This document shows positions 58,769-64,000 of a stretch of 64,000 nucleotides of DNA, piece by piece. Within the stretch, counting starts at the first letter, position 1, and each line of letters starts with the position of its first letter. Location of the stretch: the IMG/VR virus record IMGVR_UViG_3300029319_009044, positions 106,909-170,908 of that record; one strand, written 5' to 3'. Made by a program: the position numbers and the translations under genes. The stretch comes from a virus. Below the pieces are notes generated by a model, which saw only the letters and a list, made by a program, of their open reading frames with translations, was not told where the DNA came from and ran no database searches.

Positions 58769-58846
58769 AACTTTAGATAATTAAGCCTCCGAGTAAAATA
58801 TATGTATAATGAGGATCGATCATACATATATATTTATTCTAATTAA

Positions 58847-59185
58847 TTAAACCCAGGGCGGTGAGACTGAAGTTTGTTCAGGTTCACTTTCGATATAATT
58901 ACCATCGTCATCCATCTCTGGAATACCATCTACTATAAGCTCACAAACTATTCTTACTCCGAAGATTGAAATACCTATAATAAAAAGTATAAATGTTAGT
59001 ATAATACCAGCTACAAATCCTAAAGGTACGATTATTAAAGTAGGAATAAGTACTAATAAAGAAATAATAGATCTACTAATAATTTTTGGTTTATCTGGAG
59101 CAAACGCTGCTCCAAAAGTAGCTGCTATCATGACTGACGTCATAGCCCATATTAATACGCCGAGAAAAATAAGAACACTAATCAT
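58847..59185 (-). CDS. Hypothetical membrane protein
   Basis: 2-3 TMs; TTGATA-N16-TATAAT-N5-ATG upstream. Confidence 0.65.
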   Translation of the reverse strand: MISVLIFLGVLIWAMTSVMIAATFGAAFAPDKPKIISRSIISLLVLIPTLIIVPLGFVAGIILTFILFIIGISIFGVRIVCELIVDGIPEMDDDGNYIESEPEQTSVSPPWV

Positions 59186-59201
59186 ACTAAATTATAGTAT
59201 G

Positions 59202-59813
59202 TTAAGCTGAAATATCAATAGGTTTTTGATATTTAGCTAAAGATTCAGAAGGATTGAATCTATTACAACAATCTTTAATGATATCATAAGCAAATTGTTT
59301 ACCATGCCAGTCACCTACTTCAACATATTTGTTATTTAGATCTTTATAATGCTTAAAGAAGTAAGACGCAACTTTCATAAACATGGGATCAATATCTCTA
59401 ATTGATCTATATTTTCTTACATGTGATGTCGGTGTTCCTAAAATTTTCCAATCTTGTCCTCCACTATCTTTCATATCGAGAACACCTATAACAGTACACT
59501 CTACTAAAGTTCCTCTATCTATTGGCGTATCATTGTATATTAATATATCTAAAGGATCATCATCCTCTGCTAAAGTAGAAGGAACAAAACCATAAGAGCA
59601 AGGATACTTCATAGAGCTAGGAAGACATCTATCTAATTGGAACGTATCAAGATCAGCATTGTATTCATATTTAGCAGACGTACCTTTAGGTATTTCTACT
59701 ATAGCATTTACCACCTTAGGGGAACTTTCATGCATTTCTATAAGTTCCAAATTTCTATGAGGTGCGCTTTCAAACAAACGTCTAGTGATGTTCCTAATAT
59801 CTTTTTTATTCAC
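59202..59813 (-). CDS. ppa: Family I inorganic pyrophosphatase
   Basis: VEIPKG..AKYE, LDR, YP..YGF.P.T...DDDPLDIL, D.KI, FFKHYK. Confidence 0.93.
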   Translation of the reverse strand: MNKKDIRNITRRLFESAPHRNLELIEMHESSPKVVNAIVEIPKGTSAKYEYNADLDTFQLDRCLPSSMKYPCSYGFVPSTLAEDDDPLDILIYNDTPIDRGTLVECTVIGVLDMKDSGGQDWKILGTPTSHVRKYRSIRDIDPMFMKVASYFFKHYKDLNNKYVEVGDWHGKQFAYDIIKDCCNRFNPSESLAKYQKPIDISA

Positions 59814-59853
59814 TAGTATATTTACTAATATACTTCACCAAGGCCAGGTGTTA

Positions 59854-60258
59854 TTATATTCTTTCACCCTTTGAAGGAGGAGGTATCTCTATACCTTCGG
59901 GATCTTGCTCTATTTGTTTTTTAACTTCTTCAGGGTCTTTACCAGACATGGTACGGACTTGAAATGGTGATTGAGGAGATATTGGAATACCACCTTGTTG
60001 TGTAAGATGTACATCATCTTGCGCTATAATAACTCCTGGTGTTGTAGTTTGTGGAGTGACAGCTGCTGGAGGATGATGACCGTTACCTAATTTAACTTTA
60101 GCAGCAGTATGTGCACCTACATTACCACCAACATAGATACCGAATACCCATTTCATCATATCAGCCCATCCATCGAAGTCTGTATTACCAGTAAAAACAA
60201 ATGCAGTAGCTGCTATAAAAAGAGCTAAACCAGCTATGAATTTACGCGACTTCATCAT
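59854..60258 (-). CDS. Two-TM membrane protein (holin-like N-terminus)
   Basis: SRKF + TM + W..M...FGIYVGGNV. Confidence 0.55.
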   Translation of the reverse strand: MMKSRKFIAGLALFIAATAFVFTGNTDFDGWADMMKWVFGIYVGGNVGAHTAAKVKLGNGHHPPAAVTPQTTTPGVIIAQDDVHLTQQGGIPISPQSPFQVRTMSGKDPEEVKKQIEQDPEGIEIPPPSKGERI

Positions 60259-60911
60259 TATGCGTATCCTGTTTTATCTTCTGCTTCAAACTCAGCAGCA
60301 CTCGTACCTCCACCTTGCTTAATATCGATATCTTCTTCCTCATCTTTGTCCTCTTCATCAATATCAACAGCTATAAGAGTTTCTAATTCTTTCAAAGTTT
60401 CATTATCTTCAGACTTTTTAACTTCTTTAAAACCTTTCTTCATATAATGATCTATAAGCTCTTTATCTTTTTTAGGTACATTAACATTAGTAACATTAAA
60501 TGTACTACCTTTAGTAAGTCTTACGTAATCTTCTTCACCTTCATTTAACTCTAACTCTCCCTCAGAGTGCTTTAATGAATCATACTCCTCATCAGTTAAA
60601 TCTAACATAGACTTACGTCTAAGCTTAGCTACGTTATTACGATGCCATGCAAGAGCTCTCTTTAACGCCTCAGGATCATCTTTAAGATACATACTATCTC
60701 TTGGCTGCTCTTCATCTGAAGGGTCATTAGGGTTATCATAAGTAGGGTCAGATCTATACTTAGGACCTCCTCGACCATCAGCATCAGCATCTCCTGATCT
60801 TAATCTACCTGCTGAATCGTAATGCTTACCTTTAGGAGCTTCTTTAGCTTCTAAATAGATACTTGCGTAAGCTTCTTCTAAGAGCTCTTTTTCTTTAGCG
60901 TTTTTATTCAT
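60258..60911 (-). CDS. Acidic hypothetical protein, candidate internal head protein
   Basis: N-terminal LLEEAYASIYLE. Confidence 0.6.
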   Translation of the reverse strand: MNKNAKEKELLEEAYASIYLEAKEAPKGKHYDSAGRLRSGDADADGRGGPKYRSDPTYDNPNDPSDEEQPRDSMYLKDDPEALKRALAWHRNNVAKLRRKSMLDLTDEEYDSLKHSEGELELNEGEEDYVRLTKGSTFNVTNVNVPKKDKELIDHYMKKGFKEVKKSEDNETLKELETLIAVDIDEEDKDEEEDIDIKQGGGTSAAEFEAEDKTGYA

Positions 60912-61228
60912 TACATGTATGCTTCGTCTTCAGGCTTATCACCATGACCTTCTTCATCGCTGTGCTTATCATAAAGCTTAGATAGAGCGTCGCGTGCTTC
61001 AGGCTTTAAATTACCGTCTGGTGTCGTTGCATGCTTAAGAAGATCAGTATCAGACATATCACCTGTCTTGTTTTCTGCATCTTCAGCATTTTCAAAACCA
61101 TCATCTTGAGCTAATTGATCTGCAGCTTGTACAGCATTACCAGTAGTTTGAATAGTCATACCACCTATCTGACCATATGCTTCGGAAAGTAGGTCCATGT
61201 CTTTTTTAAAACCATTGTGTTGTTTCAT
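60911..61228 (-). CDS. Acidic hypothetical protein, candidate internal head protein
   Basis: TAAATA-N5-ATG at 61228; LLSEAYGQI. Confidence 0.65.
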   Translation of the reverse strand: MKQHNGFKKDMDLLSEAYGQIGGMTIQTTGNAVQAADQLAQDDGFENAEDAENKTGDMSDTDLLKHATTPDGNLKPEARDALSKLYDKHSDEEGHGDKPEDEAYM

Positions 61229-61407
61229 ATTAATATTTATACTAAACAGTACCATTTTAAAGATATCCGATCGAAGATCTCGCGGCAAAAAAATTCTGAT
61301 ACTGTTATTAGTAATCTTAATAGTATATCAGGGTTCCCATTAAAACTTCCAATTGGATTAGGAGTTGATTTTATATTATAATATACGTGTCCTGTTGAAT
61401 TAGAATT

Positions 61408-61671
61408 ATGAATGAAGATAATATAATAAAACAGGTGCGTATTGGCAGTAACTATGTCTGGCTAAAACGCTATTATGTTAGTAATGAGAGAAAGTTCTTT
61501 ATATGTGCACAAGGACCTCACTATACTATATGGAAACGAACTAGAGGAAGTACCCATAAAGCCAAAGAGATATACTTTAGATATAGAGTAGGTGCATGGC
61601 TTATAGAGATGTGTGGTAATTGGTACCCGGCTACCAATTTAATTTGCTGGATAATGCACAGAATTATCTAA
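61408..61671 (+). CDS. Hypothetical protein
   Basis: ORF track. Confidence 0.45.
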   Translation: MNEDNIIKQVRIGSNYVWLKRYYVSNERKFFICAQGPHYTIWKRTRGSTHKAKEIYFRYRVGAWLIEMCGNWYPATNLICWIMHRII

Positions 61672-61679
61672 ATAGTTAT

Positions 61680-61910
61680 ATGGCTGATATAGAAAACAAA
61701 TATCCAGATAATGTACCTGGTAAGTACTATGTTGATGAAGAGTGTATAGATTGTGATCTGTGTAGACAGACAGCACCAGATAACTTTGAACGTAATGATG
61801 ACGAGGGATACTCGTATGTATATAAACAGCCAGTGAATGCTGATGAAGAGGAGCTATGCATAGAGGCTTTAGAAGGTTGCCCTGTAGAGGCTATAGGAGA
61901 TGATGGTTAA
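61680..61910 (+). CDS. Single-cluster [4Fe-4S] ferredoxin
   Basis: YYVDEECIDCDLC...APDNF...C..A..GCPVEAIG; start at TAAATA-N5-ATG. Confidence 0.92.
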   Translation: MADIENKYPDNVPGKYYVDEECIDCDLCRQTAPDNFERNDDEGYSYVYKQPVNADEEELCIEALEGCPVEAIGDDG

Positions 61911-62524
61911 ACGTCTATAACCGTCTCTGACTCACCACCCAGCTTAGCAAATGCAGCAACCAGCTCATTGTATGCTTCTGATCCATCATCAGTAAGATAC
62001 TCTGCTGTTAACGGAGTATTGTGATAATCTTTTACTGCTTGGTCGTATTCTCTCTCAATCATACTCATACCTCTCTGATATGGATGATTACTTAAAAAGT
62101 CTTCTAGCTTTTCTATCTCATCGTTAATCTTATTCATCTCATCCTCTTTACCTTCTCTACGTGCCCTTAAACGATTTAATCCTAATCTAGCTTTCTGACT
62201 CCTTGCCTTATTGTATGATTCATAATCATTCTCTTCTTTAAATTGTTCAGTCTCATATTCTCTCTCTTTAGGTCTTTTCTTTCCTATATCTCTATTAACA
62301 AAGCGTGTTAGCTTATTAACAAAGTCTGTAGCATCTCTATCACTACCTTCTCTTTGACCACCAATACCATACTTGTTACCCATATATAGATTCATATAAG
62401 AGCTATCATCTAAGATCTGCTTAATAGTCTTACCCTCTAAAGATCTAAGAAACTCCTCAAGGGTACCCCCTTTCGGTATTAGAGCTCTAGTTTTATCTTC
62501 TAGATATATACTAAAGGATTTCAT
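61907..62524 (-). CDS. Candidate internal head protein with capsid-targeting-like N-terminus
   Basis: MKSFSIYLE resembles the T4 internal-protein CTS (MKTYQEFIAE). Confidence 0.55.
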   Translation of the reverse strand: MKSFSIYLEDKTRALIPKGGTLEEFLRSLEGKTIKQILDDSSYMNLYMGNKYGIGGQREGSDRDATDFVNKLTRFVNRDIGKKRPKEREYETEQFKEENDYESYNKARSQKARLGLNRLRARREGKEDEMNKINDEIEKLEDFLSNHPYQRGMSMIEREYDQAVKDYHNTPLTAEYLTDDGSEAYNELVAAFAKLGGESETVIDV

Positions 62525-62840
62525 TTAGAACTTCAAAATCAAGTTTACCAGCAGGTGAGAGTTCTTTATGCATCTGATTGATATCATATTGATTACCATC
62601 CTTAATATCAATTCTTTTAGTAAATACATTATCACCTTTGATACCAACAACTAACTCATAATATAGTTCACCTTTGTATATATTACCAACTTCAACAGAA
62701 TCTTCTGCTTTATACTCATCTGACATATCTCTATATGCATCAGCCTCTGAATCATATTCAGCATCTTCATTATAGATGTTAGTATAAGCTTCTGCCATTA
62801 GGTGAGCTTCACGAGCGTTCTTATTATAGATATCAGACAT
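62511..62840 (-). CDS. Acidic hypothetical protein, candidate internal head protein
   Basis: TAAATA-N5-ATG at 62840; LMAEAYTNIYNE. Confidence 0.6.
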   Translation of the reverse strand: MSDIYNKNAREAHLMAEAYTNIYNEDAEYDSEADAYRDMSDEYKAEDSVEVGNIYKGELYYELVVGIKGDNVFTKRIDIKDGNQYDINQMHKELSPAGKLDFEVLNEIL

Positions 62841-62857
62841 ATTATTATTTAGTCTTT

Positions 62858-63190
62858 TTACCAAGGAACTGCAGAAATTCCTTTAGTGGGAGTAGCAGTT
62901 TTTAAATCAATAGCATTCTTTAAACTAGTTACTCGTGTTGGATAACTTCCTGTCTCCATAAACTTTAGTACTAATGTTTCAGTAAGATCATTATATGCTG
63001 TAAAGGAACTTAAAGTAGGAGACGCAACATCTGTAATACAATTATTAAAAAATACAGACGATGCATCAACTCCAGCTGAAGTATCATACCCACTTAAATT
63101 ATAACGTACTGAAATAACAACATTATTTAAACCTGATAACGCATATTGAACTTCGAGAGAATTAATTGTAGTTTCAATTTTATAAGCCAT
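62858..63190 (-). CDS. Hypothetical tail-associated protein
   Basis: L.NVV..V.Y, FTAYNDLTE..V, C-terminal VPW; late promoter. Confidence 0.55.
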   Translation of the reverse strand: MAYKIETTINSLEVQYALSGLNNVVISVRYNLSGYDTSAGVDASSVFFNNCITDVASPTLSSFTAYNDLTETLVLKFMETGSYPTRVTSLKNAIDLKTATPTKGISAVPW

Positions 63191-63354
63191 ATGGTTATTT
63201 ATTCACCCGGGTTCCAATATAAAGGGTATCTCGCGAGAGCTAAAAAATTTTTTGAGCACATGTGGTAACCATGGTTTTAGATTTGTCTCTCTATATAACC
63301 AATCTCGAACGCTGACGGTCTCTAGAAGGGGGTCTCTCAGAGGAACGGGGTCGA

Positions 63355-63401
63355 GAGAGAGAAACCTCTCTCGCTCAGTTACCCGAAACGAGAGAGGCTT
63401 T
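63355..63401 (-). terminator. Hairpin/terminator downstream of the RadA-like gene
   Basis: Minus strand AAGCCTCTCTCG-T-TTCGG-GTAA-CTGAG-CGAGAGAGGTTT then TCTCTCT. Confidence 0.6.
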
Positions 63402-63419
63402 AGTTATGCCGATGAGAGA

Positions 63420-64000
63420 TTATTTAGGAAATACGTTGCGCTTCCATACTGCATTAGCACCCCTACCAAACTTCTTAAGCTTCTTCTCGTCTACTAGCTG
63501 CTTAAGTGCTACGTACGTCTGGCCTTTAGTTAGGTTAAAGGTTGACATTACTCTCTGCTCAGTAATGTTAGGCGGGTCCATATTAAGGATCTTCTTCTTA
63601 AGCTCAGCCTTCCTATCCTTCTTGGACTTAATCTTCTTACCAGTCGTTACCTTCTCGCCGATATGGAAGCCTTTATGACCCATAATAGCCTGGACGTCGA
63701 TGCACTGACCGAATCGGTTCTTCGATACTGAGATGATGCGAGTCGTATCATCGTCGGACTCGAGGTCGTGACTGATCATCATATTGACATCAACGGAGTG
63801 AGGTACGAGGGTCGAGCCCTTCAGCTGTCCGTTCTTGGTAAGGTGCATGATGAAGATCAACACACACTCGGTCTCCTTTGCCTTATTACAAAGAGTCGAG
63901 ATGGCGTACTGCTCAAGCTGCCTACTATTCATCTTCGTTTTAGTAGTCAGGGCCTGGAACGAATCGACGACCATCACATCGTTATCCTCCATCGCCTTAG
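63420..64000 (-). CDS. RadA/Sms-like RecA-fold ATPase, C-terminal part (5' end outside the window)
   Basis: VVDSFQ Walker B, IMHLTK.GQ.KG...VPH.VD, SKNRFG; winged-helix-like tail; frame open to the window end. Confidence 0.8.
   Translation of the reverse strand, partial: KAMEDNDVMVVDSFQALTTKTKMNSRQLEQYAISTLCNKAKETECVLIFIMHLTKNGQLKGSTLVPHSVDVNMMISHDLESDDDTTRIISVSKNRFGQCIDVQAIMGHKGFHIGEKVTTGKKIKSKKDRKAELKKKILNMDPPNITEQRVMSTFNLTKGQTYVALKQLVDEKKLKKFGRGANAVWKRNVFPK

Noticed and set aside
58773-58827. 16-aa hydrophobic micro-ORF or alternative 53-aa ORF upstream of the DUF5662-like gene
   Set aside because: Spacing from TAAATA (7 or 3 nt) does not fit the N5 rule and there is no other support
63252-63678. 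Plus-strand ORFs 63252-63497 and 63406-63678
   Set aside because: Span a hairpin-rich spacer and the antisense of the RadA-like gene
1-64000. Stop-codon reassignment, introns or inteins in core genes
   Set aside because: Core genes translate full length in the standard code at expected sizes

Overview
A 64 kb, AT-rich segment of a large T4-like (Caudoviricetes myovirus) phage genome, probably aquatic. It holds the head/neck module (gp15, portal gp20, gp13, gp4, protease gp21, scaffold gp22, major capsid gp23), two ~2270-aa mosaic tail-fibre-like proteins, a split gp5 baseplate hub/lysozyme, a lysis region, a class I (Id-like) RNR, ClpP, GroES, a DinG-like helicase and a tmRNA. Accessory modules: (i) a curli/type VIII secretion-like cassette (csgF, csgG, curlin-like beta-solenoid) directly followed by a FecR-domain protein and a CHASE2 adenylate/guanylate cyclase; (ii) a DUF1549/DUF1553 + DUF1501 pair typical of Planctomycetota/Verrucomicrobiota, suggesting a PVC host; (iii) 7-deazaguanine DNA-modification genes (QueF, PurN-like formyltransferase, kinase, TGT/DpdA-like); (iv) two sugar-nucleotide/ADP-heptose clusters. 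At least 22 genes have the late-promoter core TAAATA exactly 5 nt before the start codon, implying largely leaderless mRNAs. The tmRNA encodes an unusually long 32-residue tag. All family calls come from motif recognition by eye; no database searches were run.
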